Source of the DNA: Haplodiscus bocki
Taxonomy: Eukaryota
Direction of reading: 5' to 3'
DNA: 64,000 nt
Assembly: GCA_965655095.1 (NCBI GenBank)
Contig: OZ296649.1
Span: 41,850,001-41,914,000, forward strand
The notes under the pieces were generated by a model. That model was given only the letters and a program-made list of their open reading frames with translations. It had not been told where the DNA came from and ran no database searches. Below are positions 14,654 through 28,229 of this stretch, one piece after another (the first letter of the stretch is position 1; each line of letters begins with the position of its first letter). Both the position numbers and the translations under genes were made by a program.

Positions 14654-15250
14654 AGTAGTGAGAGAGCGAGCAAACCAGGTGGCGGGGTGGTAGAGGTCGC
14701 TCCACGTTTTAAGATAGGCTGGAGGATCCGACAGCTGACTAGTGGGTAAAATATATGAAATGGGTAGACGTCCCATCTCGGGTTCTAAGTTCAAACGAGG
14801 AGTCAGTCTGTTAAGATAGGGTTAAAACATGTTTTCGGTGGAGGCGAGACGATCAATTTACTTACATAGCCGAGCGGAGGTGAGAGTATTCGGACGTAAT
14901 GAGATAGGGAATATGTAGTTGTATATATAGGAGCAAGACAGCCAGGTGGTTGAACACAGCAATGTAATAAAATAGGTGACAGGAGCACAGAACAGGTAAG
15001 GATCTTGATCCCCCTCTCTGATGTGTCTTCAATGACTGGCGCGGTTAGTGGTCATTTTTGCCACAGTAAGACTTCCGAAAGCAGTTTTCGTTTCTTATTA
15101 GAGTATCAGGCGGTGGGCGGAAATATATCACAGCACCGAAACAATTATTACGCCTGAGGTTATTCATTACACCTGCAGTTAATAAGAACGCTTGCTGTTA
15201 CATGTAACGGCTGGAGAGGGATTAATATATGCTGCTGTCAGTTGTTTTAC
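14654..15250 (+). repeat. Maverick left TIR
   Basis: Reverse complement aligns with 29920-30494 (shared CTCATTACGTCCGAATAC, TTGATCGTCTCGC, ATTAACTGCAGGT); roughly 70-85% identity by eye; inner boundary approximate. Confidence 0.88.
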
Positions 15251-15339
15251 TTCCTGTTGTAACTTAATTCCGTGTAAATGATTGTAATGTGCTTCGAAAA
15301 GTTAAGTTAATTAAATTGTATGAAACCGAACAAACATTT

Positions 15340-18070
15340 TAAGTTAAAAGTTTAATAGAATGATTTTTTAAAAGAAAAGTATGAATTTTGTCTGCTTCTC
15401 CTATTATCGTCGGATAAAAATACGACAAGTACTGTTGTTCTGCTAAAAGGCTACTACAGTCTGATTCATTTTTCGGATTCTGCAATTTGTAGATATTACT
15501 ATATCTGCTTCCTTGGAGAGTTTCCAATATTTCACTATGCGACCGTCTTCTTTGTCATCAAGTTTTCGTTTGTTTAGTCCCTCCTAGATGAGTTGATAAG
15601 TGTTGGAGCGAAAGTCGTAACAAAAGTACCTTTCATCACATAAAGGCAACCTTTCGGTGCAACAAAACTGCTCTTTCCACAGTTCAGGTTCTCTTGTTCC
15701 ATTTTGTTTTTGTTTCGCACAAACTGTACGGGAAAAAGTAACGGCGAGCGTCTGCTTTGAAGTTACAGTCTTTGCTTCGCGACAACTCCCGTTCTTTCCT
15801 TTTTGTTGCTTTTTCTTGGCTGCAACTATAAGTATCCTTCTCAGCAAGTGCTATAAAGAGATAACTTACATACATTTTCATCTCTTATTTGTTTGTACCG
15901 CAAAATTTTCTCAAGTTTTTGTAACAGAGCTCCAACACTCTCAGTTTAGTATACTGCAAAACACAAAAAAACTCCACAAAAATTGGCTTTTCTTGTTCAA
16001 TTTCCGACTTCACCAGTTGCATTTCATAGAGTTGAACGTCGAGATATCTAGTATCTTGTACAGTTTATTTTCGATTGCTGCTGGCATCGTCTCATCATTC
16101 AGGTGATCTGTAACATATGACGACTACGGTCTGTAACTTTATTAACAAAAGAACTGTTCACCTGTAATTTATTTGACTCTGCCACAACTCTAGAGTTTGG
16201 ATTTTTGTCTCATTGTCGTCAAGCATTAACAGCAGAATGCAAAAAAAGCAATGAAGCACTTCACAGGAGCGTACTTAACAAAATCATAAAAATTGGTGCG
16301 CACGAGGCTCAGTCTCAAACTAAACAAAAGTAACGGGGAACGATTGTTTCATTCTTTTGCTCAAAGAAAGATTTTTTTTTCGTAGAAGCGGATTCATGAG
16401 TTCTTCTTTCTTCGCATACTCCTAAAATGAGGGACGAAAATCTTGTCTGCTTACGCTAATATTTTCGAACAGCGTAAAAAAGTTGTCAAATTGTTTTCTC
16501 AGATGCTGTGGGACCTGATTGTGACACTGTAAAAAACCAAACATCCAGCTTGATTTGATTTTTCTTCCAATGTTCTCTTGAAAGAGAACCCTTCATTCAA
16601 TTGTCGCTTTACTAAACTTTCTATCTTTTTTAGTGACCATCACTTACATTTCTACACCTCTGCCGTCTCCTAAATTCTCTGTTTGATGCACTGCGTGTAT
16701 TTTGTCAATTTGCCTCTTTTTATTTCAGTATCTTCTGCGGCAAAAGCTCGTGCTTTTTGGCATGAACAAAAATGAGGAAATCAACCCCGTGCTTCAAACA
16801 TGATGTTGCAATACGCGCAAATTGCTCTGCACTGAAGCAGTTATTCTCTTTCAGAATTTATGTGGTGAAGAAGCCCGCCATTTTACACTCGCACTCAAAT
16901 AGCTGGAAAATGACATGACCATATTTTCGAAGATTCTTGTCTTACTTTGTTTGTGTTTAGATCCTTAGAAATCTTCGTCAAATTAGCATTTAGTGTAAAA
17001 TCCTGTAGACATGGGCTGACACATAGACTTTGGGAAAAATGCTAGCATCATTCTCAACAAGTGATTTGCAATTTCTCTAGGACCTGTGAATAACAATCTC
17101 ATCAACAAAAATTTTACGTGTACACTTTGCTGAGGGTCGACCAATCATGTCTTCTTAGTTTATCATCGGCAAAAGCCTGTCGCTCCATTTGAAGAAGAAA
17201 ATTTTGTGCTATTAGACTTGTGTTTACACTTTTTGACGAAAAGCGGTAAGAATCATCCGAGCTTGAGCAAATCACAACGATTTTTGTGATAAAATGCAAC
17301 CATTTTCTACGAAGCCTCCAAAGTCGGGTCAACGTTTTTGATGTTGTATCACAGCAAAAAGCTTCTTGCAAGTTTTTCTCAGTAAAAGTGATTCACAACT
17401 CCAGTAGCTGGTACTTCAAAGAGTTTCACATTAGTTCAGGCAGAGACCGTGAACAATACGCTAGTGATCAATTCTTTATTTTCTTGACAACTTCAATTTC
17501 ACATTTGAATGTAAAACGTTTCATAGAGGAATTTCTGTGTGATTCAATTTGTTTGGGTGATTGAGCCATTCGGACGGATTTTTTTTTCGTTTCTGATATT
17601 CTGAAAGTTTCTGTGAGAGAATCAAAGCTCGTGCGTCCGCCAGAAAAGATCAAAATGTCGAGCAACTGAAAATTACCAAGCTTGAACTGGATTAAATGAC
17701 CGGCCTTCTCATCAACAGATCCTCCATCTCTCATTGAGTAACACAAACAGCTAGTATGTAAGCGCCTACCAAAAGCATATCATACTTTGCACTGTTCACC
17801 CAAAGAACGGTAGTGTCTTGCGATATTTCATGAATCCATCCCGCAATTGAGGTAGTCGATTTTCCTGCAACTGCGGAAACTGTGTTGAGACTTTGTCAAA
17901 ATCAGCTTCGAGGCCGTCCTCTTCCATATTGGTTTTTTGGCTCAAACTGTGATGAACTTTTTCCAAAATTAGTGCAATGTTACTTAATATTGTTGCTTCG
18001 ACTGCAGGAACTTCAACTTCAATTGAACTTTAAATTTTCAAACATGTTTTCTTTTCTAAACAAAAAGTGA
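15340..18070 (-). pseudogene. Protein-primed family B DNA polymerase (pPolB), frameshifted and with stops; N-terminal part not found
   Basis: Fragments on minus strand in the expected order: exo II-like NSAKYD (~17790), FKLGNFQLLDILIFSGGRTSFDSL, EDMIGRPS...CKSLVENDAS...SMCQPMSTGFYT (motif A region, ~17000-17150), REPELWKEQF...RYFCYD, C-terminal LSYFYP...IHT. Confidence 0.85.
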
Positions 18071-21000
18071 AACAAGCCTTTTACAATTTCAAATCAGTGT
18101 TTTTGGTCAGCGAAAAATATTCAAAGAGAATAAGTTTTCCTGATAAAGCGAGAACGTTTCTGCGAAGATCCATCAAGAGGAACAATCTTCCCTGATAAGG
18201 TAGAAACTTGTCAGATGAAAATTCACAAGTGAAATATTTCCCCTTTCAAAAAATTTTTGTCTGAAAAAAATGGTCAAATAGAGCAATTAGCTTCCAAGTT
18301 GCCCTTGAGTTTTCTCGTATCAATTGTCAATGAAATGCGTAGAAAGAGCAACAATTGAATCTTGCACAATCTCCGTAGTGTAGAGGGTGAAAGCTGCTGA
18401 TAACAGACGAACAGATATATCGAGGTGTGTTCTCGCCATACATCGACGTAAGGAAACTTTTAAACCCAGTAAATCTCAGCTACAAGAGAACTGTTTCTCA
18501 ATTTATTGTAAGAGGAGGAACTTTCAATTGTGAATGGTAAGAACAAAAGCACTGCCAGCTCTGTCATTTGTTTAAATTGAAGACTTTAGAAAATATCCAT
18601 CGTTTTCACCACTGTGCTACCGATAAAAAAACTCAAAAATTATTGACCAGTTGATTTCTGTCAGAATGCAAAATCACAGTATTTTTTTGTTCTCACTTAA
18701 TGAAGAAATACCTGAAGGAGTTTCATATCAAACGGACGGAGACAGTTTCTCCAACCACAGTATTTTTGAAGTTATTTGGTCCCAGCATTAACTGGGACGA
18801 GTTAAGAATGTCTCCAACAAAACATCACGCACAGTCAAAATGCTGCAGTTTTTTGACTCGAAGACAGAGCAACATTTCCTTCAAAAAAAGCGAATTCATC
18901 CACAGAGCGGTTTGGTTGTTCACTCAACAGTTCGTGCCAAGGTCTTGAAGCTTTTGTTTTGATCGAGCTGGCAATATTGACACAATCTACTACCGAAACA
19001 AAAAACTGTGGTTAATTCCACAAAATCGAGAAACAAGCCCTTTGGTTATTGCTCAAGAGATAACACTGAAACATCGAACCAACTAACTTATTAAATGTTT
19101 AGTTTTGATAATGACAAATACTGCAGCTTCTCCATCAAAAAGTCTGATATTCTCAAAAAATGATTCAAGCTAACAGAACAGCTCGGCCTTAATAAATGCA
19201 AACTTTACCACCTATGCAGGAACTGATAATACGTAGCTTACAAGTTTTGAATACTTGAAAACAATTACGACGTGTGGCACAATCGATGAAAATTGCCGCT
19301 ATCGTCGCTCTTTTCTCCTTATTGGGACCGAATTTTGTCCGATTGAGAGGTATTCACGGAAACTTTGCGCTCTCAAAAAACTTTTTCAAGTAGTCCCTAG
19401 AGCGAATGCGGATCTGCACAATACGTTTCTAAGTGTTTTTCGTAAAATTGCTTGGGAAAGTCAAACAAACTCGTTTTTCATGATGTGTGACCAAAGTACT
19501 TAGACTTTTGGAGAGGTGCAAAACTCAGTTCAGTACATTTTTGGACACGTCTGATGTCATCGAGGTTGTTGTGCAAAACAAAGTTTGTCTAATTGCGCAC
19601 ATTGTTTACAGAGCGGTGAAAAGTCTTACAATTGTTTGTAAAGCAAAGCGTGCTGCAGCAATTTCAACAACTTCAACAAGTTCAACAAAAAAACAATTTG
19701 ATGAAAATGGAACTTCTTGTTTCATCAAAATCACAAATCAAGACTAAGAAGTAGAAAAACCGTCCCCTTTCCTCTAAAAGTATCTCCGTGAACCACAAAC
19801 CGCCATACCTGAATCAGCCATAAATGCATGAATCTTGTCAACAGTACATTTACTGACCAAGTCAACTAATTTTTTTTCTCTTTTAATTTCATTCCACAAA
19901 TAGGCACCATGTTTTTCTCCGTCTCCAACAACGACATACAGTTGCTTCCCGATTTTGGTCTACATTCTGTAACGCTAAGTTTTGAAAATTGTGTCCAAAA
20001 GTTGACATCTAGCTCACAAAAAGGTCGTTTGGCTGCTTGCAACATGCTTCAGGGTCAGACATAGGAGTTTTACTACAATCATTTGGCTCGCATCACGATC
20101 ACTCCCTGGCAGTCTAGCAGCACAGAACACAAGAACCGCGTGAGGAGGTTCCTTTTAGAGCTGGAGCGGAGGAAATCCTTACCATTGGTTTTAAGGATTC
20201 TCATCTCGACGACAGAGAGTTTCAGTTGGAGTTTTCCGAGCGTTAAACGGAGACGCTGTTCGATCCCAGATTAGACACCCGTTTTCGTCAGCTGTCGAGA
20301 ATTCTGTGATAAGTCTGCTAGAAATCCCACTGTACTCAACGATGAGGAGGACGAAGAGGACTTCGTCATGCAGATTTCTTTTCTTTGAGAAGCCAACCCG
20401 ATTCCAAACGTTGCTGAGACTTTGCTTTTTCTAGAATTGGAACTCAAATGGTTCTGGGTTAAGCATAGAAAATTGTTTCAAAAATTATTACTTTGTTTGT
20501 AATATACTGAACGACTTCGTTAAAAAGCTATATTTCATCGTCTCTTTATCTCTGAACAAGTCAGAAGAGGTTGAGACAAAGGGAAGTCTATGTTCTCATC
20601 AGTACTTCTTCTAGGTTATTTAAATGTCCAGTACATACAGAGAAGACAAAATGACAGCATAGCAAAATCAATTGTCAAAATCACTGCCAGGATGTGTATG
20701 GGAACTATTGTTTGAATGCTTTTATCTTTTTGACGATAATTTTTTATAATTTAGGTTGTAATTGGTCATCGACTCATGGACAAAAACGATATGAAAGGTA
20801 TATATGGTGGAACTAGTGTGGAAATTGGCACCACAGTTAACTAAAGTTTTTGATTCGAATTATGACACGTTGTAAGAATTTTTGTTCCACAACTTCTTTT
20901 TCTCGAAGAAGACAATTTGCTGCAGAGTTCTGCTTTTACAAGAACACAAAGAAAAGCAAAATTTGACAATTATACGGAATAACTTCAGTCAAGACGTGAC

Positions 21001-22630
21001 ATTCTGAATGCAAATTTTTGTGAGAAGACCGATTTTTGTGAACTTACTTTCATTTCAAATTCTGACGCTCTGATAAAAACTTGATTCTAAATCTGACGTG
21101 TTGTCAAATTTTAGTTCAAAAACTGATTTTAACCTTGTTTTCAAGCTTATTGTTAACTCATAAATTCTGCTGCCTACAGAGAGAGCAGCTTGTTATAGAA
21201 GACAAAAATAAAACACTCTGTCCGTTTCGAACTTACCCACAAGTACAATTTTAAGTTGCTACCTTAAACAGTTCCTTTATCAGTTTGGAACAAATTCCAT
21301 TTGATGTGGGACATACTAATACAGCAACTGTGTGAAAAGTAACGGAACTTATCGTTCCCATCAAATCAACATTGTTTCTATCAAAATAACAGTCAAAAAG
21401 TGGAATTTTGCATGCAATAAGAGAATTTTTTTCTTTTGTCCTCATCGTGGAGCAACAAAAAAATCAAAGGAACTCAAAAACCCGGAAGATCTACAGCATA
21501 TACATGTTTTTATCTAACGATGTGGGACGATATATAACGAAACCTCGAAAACAAAGGAAGTGACAAAAGTGAAACTTTCTTCTATGAGTGTGTGGCATGT
21601 GTTTGTTCACCGATTGGTGATCTTTCATTGGTAATCACTTCGTATATGTAAAAAAGATTCTTGACCAGTACACTAGTACTCCTTTTTGCACTAGCAATGG
21701 ACTTGTAAAAATCTCTTTGATCTTCAAAAAACGGTAAGTTAAAGGAGTGTTTAAGTTAAAAGTTACTAAATTACTGGTTTATTTAGAATAACCAATTGGG
21801 AAACGATCTACAGTTTATGTCGTTTCCAGTTAAAATTTGGTTTTTTAAAACTGGCTCATTTCTTTCCCCGAAGACTGATCAACTAGTGTCAGACGACATT
21901 GTCCGTTGGAAGATGCTGAAAAAGTTTTTTTTATCGCATTTTTTCTTCAAGAGTCTTTTCTCTAATGCTGAGCGGTCTGTCCACTCCTCTGCTTCGTTGC
22001 TTGATCTGAGCTGCCCTTTGCACAGCTTCAAACAGTTGCCGTTTATGAAACACTTGTTTGGCCCAATCGATACTTGAAAAGTGTTCAGTGACAGTCCACA
22101 TGTTACTATGTGAATCGGAAAGTTCCAAAAGCTGCAGCGAGTCTCCAATCTCACGAAGCAGTAAAGCATGATCGTTGTAATTGGACAAACAATATGTTGT
22201 CCTGTTCGGCCAGGCAGTTTTTCTTATTCACATTGTGAACTTCTTTGTTTTTGCAGAAATGAAGAGCTCTCTTTCTGAAAGTTTTGCGTAACACCCGGCA
22301 ATCATTTGCAAGTCAACGTTGGCCATTTGATTGATTATTGCATTCTCTAAGGAAATGAAATTAACAAATATTCGAAGATTTTTTTCCTTTCACTAAGCAT
22401 CCTCATGTTGGGGATAAAATTGGTGTTAGTGATTTTAGAAGGAAAAACCTCCAGAAGAAACAATTGTAGTTCGGTTGGAGATCTAAAAAGACAGCAAGTT
22501 TTTCTTCCAAAGCCACACCCTGAGAATCAGCCTCAACAAACAGCTCGCGTCTTCCAGGTATCACTATAACTTTTGATTTCCATGGCATAATTTACTAAAG
22601 CTGCCTTGCCTAATCCACTTGCACCACTAA

Positions 22631-23160
22631 GTGGACATTAGTGAAGGCCAATTCAGACACGGAGAACTTTTGCGGTCTGAAAAGGTGCCCCACTTGCCGG
22701 TTTTTTGCAGTCCATGTTTTCAAGAAAGAAGACAAATAAGATTTTCGACTGGTACACAATCCTGTAGTAGGAGAGGCAGTTTTGAACCAATTTGTGAGAC
22801 CACGAAGTCAGCCAGTTGTTGCCGCAAAAAAATTAGCGGAGAAGAAAACTTGTCTGCCGCGCAGAGGCTAACAGTTTCCAAGATTATGGATGAACAAATC
22901 AACCTGGCTCACAAATTGGTTGACGTTATGGGTCATCCAAACAGATAAAATTGTGTGATTCTTCTGACCTACACTGTGAACAATTCACAGAGCGTATAAG
23001 CTCAAGTCCAAATGTTTGCTAGAAAAAATGAGGCACAAAAATGTCTATCAGGCGTCTATAAGATTTACAAATTCGATTAGAATGTAAATTTGCTCAATTT
23101 GTTGATTTCTGTATATGATGTTTGCCAAACAAACCATTTATAGCATTTTGTAGGAATAAT
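22631..23160 (+). pseudogene. Decayed Maverick accessory ORF of unknown function
   Basis: The 105-aa ORF ending MDEQINLAHKLVDVMGHPNR continues in frame past in-frame stops with protein-like sequence (AQVQMFARK...LLNLLISVYD). Confidence 0.4.
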
Positions 23161-24059
23161 TCCAGCCATTTAGACTCGATCAATTTCTTCTGTGATCTCC
23201 AGTATGAGTGGGAGTTTGTTAGATAAAAGACAACTCTTTTTCGGGCCGAAATCAAAATTGAGACTTTGTCATGTTAAACTAGCAACTTCAAAACTTTCCC
23301 CTAAATAAATACACTAACAGTAGTCAAAACAAGTACAAACCATTGAAGTTATTTACTGCAAGGAAGAAAAATTTTGCTGTGAAGGACAGTAGATGTAGTG
23401 GTAGGAGAACAACATGTGCAGACTTCAATTTTAATACCGACAAGATGAACTTTGTTTTGTATTAATTTCGAAACCATGAATACCTCAAATATAATGCACT
23501 AGACCGGGAACTGATGGAGTACTGGAAGCGTTTAGCAAAACGAGTAAACCTAGAGAATCACATTGACATTGATCCCAGGCGGTGTATTGCACTCGACCAA
23601 ACAACCATGCGTAACAGAAACAAAATTCATCAAGTTTGGATATCCTTTATTCTAGTAAGCTGCTTCAGATACTACACGGGAGTAAAATTGTCACTCTAAC
23701 ACAATGGTGTTCACGGAAATTCACAATGTGTTTTGTCAAAGACATGTTCCTCTTGGAACGGTAGAATTTTTAAACATGGGTTTAATTGAAGTTTTTTGAA
23801 TGCGGGAGTCATGGGTTATAGAAAATCTTGTTTGCACATTTTAGTTTACTACACCAAATTTTCTAAAGTACCTACATAACCCATAGATGCTTCCAAATCA
23901 GTGCGCTCACTGTTTAGCGACAGACCCGGCTGCTGTTACTTACTGAACGAGGACTATATTCATGTTTGCTTGTCCACGGGAGTGGTTTACTAATTCAACT
24001 GAAAAAAAAAACGTTTTCTGCTTTCCATTTTGATTCGTTTTAATTTTGAAACAGTTAAT

Positions 24060-24515
24060 TTTACATTGCACAAATATTGTGTTCTAACATGAAAACGGTA
24101 TTAGAGAGTTTGGAGTTTTATCAATGATAATGTTCAAGAATACTCATTTTGTCCCCCAAAAAAGGCAGCAACCCACAAAATAGGCATTTTGAAGAACAAT
24201 GAATTTGAACTGAATTGTGTGTAGCAAACAAGTTTTCGATAACATTGAGTTTCCAATCATCCATCTTAAAACTGTCAGAATTGAATACTTTGGAAAATGG
24301 ACAAAAAATGCAAGGTTTTTAGCGATATTGTGATTAAAGAGTTGGAAAAATTGGAAGATCATGACTGCGCCAAAGATGAAGACTTGTAGATCCCAAAACA
24401 GATGAACATTCAAAGATGTCCTCAAATTACCCAATCCGACAAAAAACTACAATTCATTTTGCAGAACGCGAGCCAAAAATGATTGGTAACTGGACAATGC
24501 CCCATTTGACGTTGT
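24060..24515 (+). pseudogene. Decayed small Maverick accessory ORF, possibly of DEDD-exonuclease-like fold
   Basis: Frameshifted reading GIREFGV...EYSFCPPKK...EYFGKWTKKCK...LEKLEDHDCAK...TTIHFAEREPKMIGNWTM. Confidence 0.4.
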
Positions 24516-24902
24516 CGGCGTCGTTTTGTGAAAATTTTCGTTTGGGTCTACGTAATAAAAACTTTTCTTTGATCGAAATTTTTGTCCTAATTTAAATTTT
24601 GAGAAACTGAGCGTACACTCCGGAACATTGATTGAAAAAACCATACCATTTTTGATCAAAATTTCTTTGACGACAGCAGGCAACAAACTAATATCTGATC
24701 TTGTTTGAAACAAATCCGTTCCAGAAATCTGATTGTCATTTTGTCCCAATTTTTTGTCATTTTGTCCCAATTTTTTTGTCATTTTGTTGACTACCTTGGG
24801 GCCACTTCTGGAGAATTCGTCATTCGATAACTTGTGAATACTCAACTGTTCGGGTGAGAACTTATTGTATTGCACCAAAAAATTTTCACAATCTCCAAGG
24901 CT

Positions 24903-25500
24903 ATGAGTCAGTTCTTTCAACAAAGAATAGATACTTTACTTTAATAATTGGAAATTCCAACAACGCAAAACTGCACTTTCTTCGCAAATGGTTGAAAAAC
25001 GGAACGTTTCAACAGTTTTTTGCCAAAATTTGTTTTTCTCTCAACACGCTTAACCAATTTTTGATTTTGAGAAATTATATTGATATTCTTGAGTTCGTTT
25101 AATACGCAATTTTCGATTTTATCGAATCATTAAAGTACTTGTTAAAGACTGACATTTTTTGTGAAGAGATTTGCATTTCAAAAGGTCTTGTCGATAATCC
25201 AGTCACTGGATATTAATTCGGGTTTAGTATTTCTTACAATTAACAAAACTTGTTTCAACAATGTAAACCACAACGGGACGTTGAGCTCCAAATTACATAT
25301 ATTGTTTCTTTGAAATAACCCGGTGATGTGGTGCAAATCGTTGCGCTAAGTACACAGGTAGGCCCCGGATCAGAGTTGGTGGACTGGCATCAATACGCAA
25401 TGTATGTTCATTGCATCTTTTACTGATTAACTTATCGCCACGAACAGACGATCGACTACGATATTGTACACACAGCTGACTCTTTCGTTCAATTTTTTCC
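24903..25500 (+). pseudogene. A32/FtsK-like DNA packaging ATPase of Maverick
   Basis: STKNRYFTLIIG followed by an eroded Walker A, eroded Walker B region (KYLL..DIFCEEI), QNLFQQ...RDVELQITYIV...PGDVVQI and HLLLINLSPRTDDRLRYCT, typical of Polinton ATPases. Confidence 0.8.
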
Positions 25501-25834
25501 TAAGGCAATTAGATCATATATATTCTTTGAAAGATGACCACACAAAACAACTCTACTCTCTAAAAGCTCCAATTGTTTTCCCGCAATGTTAAGAGCCTTT
25601 TTGCAAGTCCTGTCCAAAAAAGTTCCTCCTATTTCTATGCCGGTGTTCAAAGGACCAGCTCCAACGATGAAAACATTGAATAAAAGGACATCAAGTACCA
25701 AATTTTCTTTTAAAAACGTAGTGGCTTTTTAGTGAAAAAAAATTGAACTCGGAGAGGAAACGTTCTGGAATCCAAAAAAAACATACAGCCCAGAAAAGTC
25801 AATATTCCTTTAGTAATTACTCCTTTCTCGTGAT

Positions 25835-26210
25835 GTGGAGCACTTCATTCTCGTTTCTGTTTTTGAGCGGAACGAGAGTTTGAATACACTGTCAAATAAT
25901 GAAAACTTTCCAAAACATCGAACTAATCAATATATCACGTATCAAATCAGGTCGCTTGGAGAGAAAACAAAGGAAAACTTGGTTGCCGGAGGTGACTCTT
26001 TGGGGAAAAAAATGATATTCCTTCGTATCGAGCTTCCAAAGTCGCAATCAAAAATGCGTGGTTGATCCGAAACTGAACTCTGACGGTCAGGTTTTGCGCA
26101 ACATCTGCCACGTAGAAATCCGAAACAAGGGAGACCTTTGCTTTCTTTGACTTAACGCTGCTGCATAATCGTCATTTCTCGTTTTGAATTGAAAACGCAT
26201 AACCAAAGAC
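25835..26210 (+). pseudogene. Decayed Maverick ORF between ATPase and integrase
   Basis: Begins MEHFILVSV (MEQFVLVP-like start seen in Polinton small ORFs) and continues past stops; position fits Polinton gene order. Confidence 0.45.
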
Positions 26211-26213
26211 AGA

Positions 26214-27100
26214 GTAGCTGCTCCGCCATTCTCTGAACGTCAGCAGCTGCAAAAATTATACACACAAGGTTGGGTATTTTTCGGATCTGTGCTCATTTTA
26301 GTGAAAGCTAGCATTGTACCAAATTTAGGGTGAGATAAATCCTTGCATTCAAAAATTGCCTCTGCAGAATTCAGTTTGGCCGCTCGTAAAATCAAAAGAA
26401 TGAAGGCCATTTCCCGATTCGAAAAAGAAAACTGACGCATAGGTTCGACATATGATGATAAAGTTGCAAGAGATCAAGGAATGTTGTAGAGTAGATTGGT
26501 TGGTCAAGACTTGTTGAACAGAACTGTAGGTGCACAGAAGATGAAAAGGAAAGGACTCCAAAGAAACTGTTTGAATCTTTTCACCCATGACTGCAGAGGA
26601 AATTGACACCCGAATTTTTTGGGTTCACAAAGGTGCGAAGATTGCTGTAGAGTTCGCAAATCCTTGCAATGGTAAAAAAGACGATTTATTTTTTACAAAG
26701 CCTGAGTCTAACGCTGTATTTTCAAAATATACACCACGATCCTTGAAGAACAAATTTTACCGGTACATGGAAGACTGTGAAAAAAAATCACGAGTTGACT
26801 AAGTTTGTCGCAACTTTTACTAAAAGAGGGAACTGCTAGATTGATTTGATACCGAAAGCTTGAAGAATTGTGTCTTTTTGTACATTCTGTACAGCAAATC
26901 AATTCGAGAAATGAAAACACCAAGTTTAATAATAGAGACATATTTCTCATCTCCGAGTATGAATCACCCTTCGGGAAAAGTCAAGTGCCACAGTTTGCAC
27001 AGCAGTAATTCGAAACTGATTGTTGCATTTTCTTCCACAAAAACCAGCAAAAAATATATTAAAAGATGAGGAAGATTAAACTACACGTGGTGAATTCATC
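26214..27100 (+). pseudogene. Retroviral-like (c-) integrase of Maverick
   Basis: LQKLYTQG..FGSV..LVKAS, KRMKAISRF, LVGQDLLNRTV, FWVHKGAKIAVEF (eroded second Asp region), RSLKNKFYRYMED, and a C-terminal RHISHL/PFGK/FETDC-type SH3-like tail in shifting frames. Confidence 0.82.
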
Positions 27101-27830
27101 TCTTCTACACTCTATTTACAGAATCAACGGAATCTGAAAGGGCAATAGCACCTTGGATAATCAAAAATATTACCCAGCATTGTTGGGAAAGAGTCACAGA
27201 CGGAACTTCGTTTTTTTTCGAAAAAAAAATTCGAAGCTGTGACAATTTTTCTATATGGAGCCTGGCTCCTATCCTTCCGTCAATGATAAAATGGAAGCCA
27301 GGAACATGCTCTGTGGACAGAAACACAATTACAACGAAAGCTGCATCCAAATCAAAATGTCTGGAAGAAGGGAGAAAAGTTTTTGCTTGCAAATGTTGGA
27401 TCTGGTCTTGCATTTTTTATATGGACTTGGGCCACGTTTTTGGAATCAATTTTGACGGCGAATTTGAAGTTTTGTGTGGGAAAAAGGTCCCCACATGCCA
27501 GGAATTGCTTACAACATTGTCCTAACACACTCTTTCATGAATTGAACAGGCCTGGTTGAGTGAGTTTTTTTTGTGATACGAAAGCTGCTTTGCTACGCTG
27601 CTTTCTTTCTACCTCAAGGCCAGAACCCGGGACAAAAAAACTACTGGACAGCATATGAACTCTCTGACGTTTAGTAACCTGGTATTTAGACCGCTTCTCA
27701 AACATCCACCTCATAGTATTCACGTTGACTCGAATGACACCAGCGGTGAAAAAAAGATATACTGTGTCTGTTGATACCACTTTACTCGTGGTTAAATCTA
27801 GAAAAGCTTCCAAAATTCGTTTCCAGCGAA
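27100..27830 (+). pseudogene. Minor capsid (penton) protein of Maverick
   Basis: EPGSYPSVNDKMEA, CDTKAALLRCF, FSNLVFRPLLK..HSIHVDS.DTSGEK: hallmarks of the Polinton single jelly-roll penton; its 5' end appears fused to the integrase end by a small deletion. Confidence 0.75.
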
Positions 27831-27843
27831 AAAGATGCTCGAA

Positions 27844-28200
27844 GATGGTTGCTTCAAGACATATATACTTTCCATAATGTAGAGGTTTTGGTCGACGGCG
27901 TGGGAGAGATTTCGGTGCACTTGAACAAAAAATGGGAAGAAAGTGTTCATTTTTTTGCAATCATGTCGTCCCAGGTCCGAAACGCCTGATGCTGACTTGC
28001 TGGATTTTGCTGCGCTGAAAAGTGCAGAGGTTGTTAGTGGTTAACAGAAATCAAGATATCCGCCGGAAGAGTAGGAAACGAAACCTTGAGGTAACAACTG
28101 ATTAGTGGTAGCATGGAGAAGCAGAACATTCCAGAAAAAACTCCTGAAAAACCAGTTGGTCGGAGAGAGAAGTTTTTTTCACAAACTTTGTTGTTTATTA
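27844..28200 (+). pseudogene. Small basic Arg/Gly-rich putative core (pVII-like) protein
   Basis: MVASR...CRGFGRRRGRDFGAL...LLDFAALKSAEVVSG; located between penton and major capsid as in Polintons/adintoviruses. Confidence 0.55.
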
Positions 28201-28229
28201 CGCCTTTTCAAAGAAAGTTTTGGTATGAA

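Noticed and set aside
24447-24923. 158-aa minus-strand ORF inside the Maverick
   Set aside because: Overlaps plus-strand relics, includes a 21-bp tandem repeat and has no recognisable motif.
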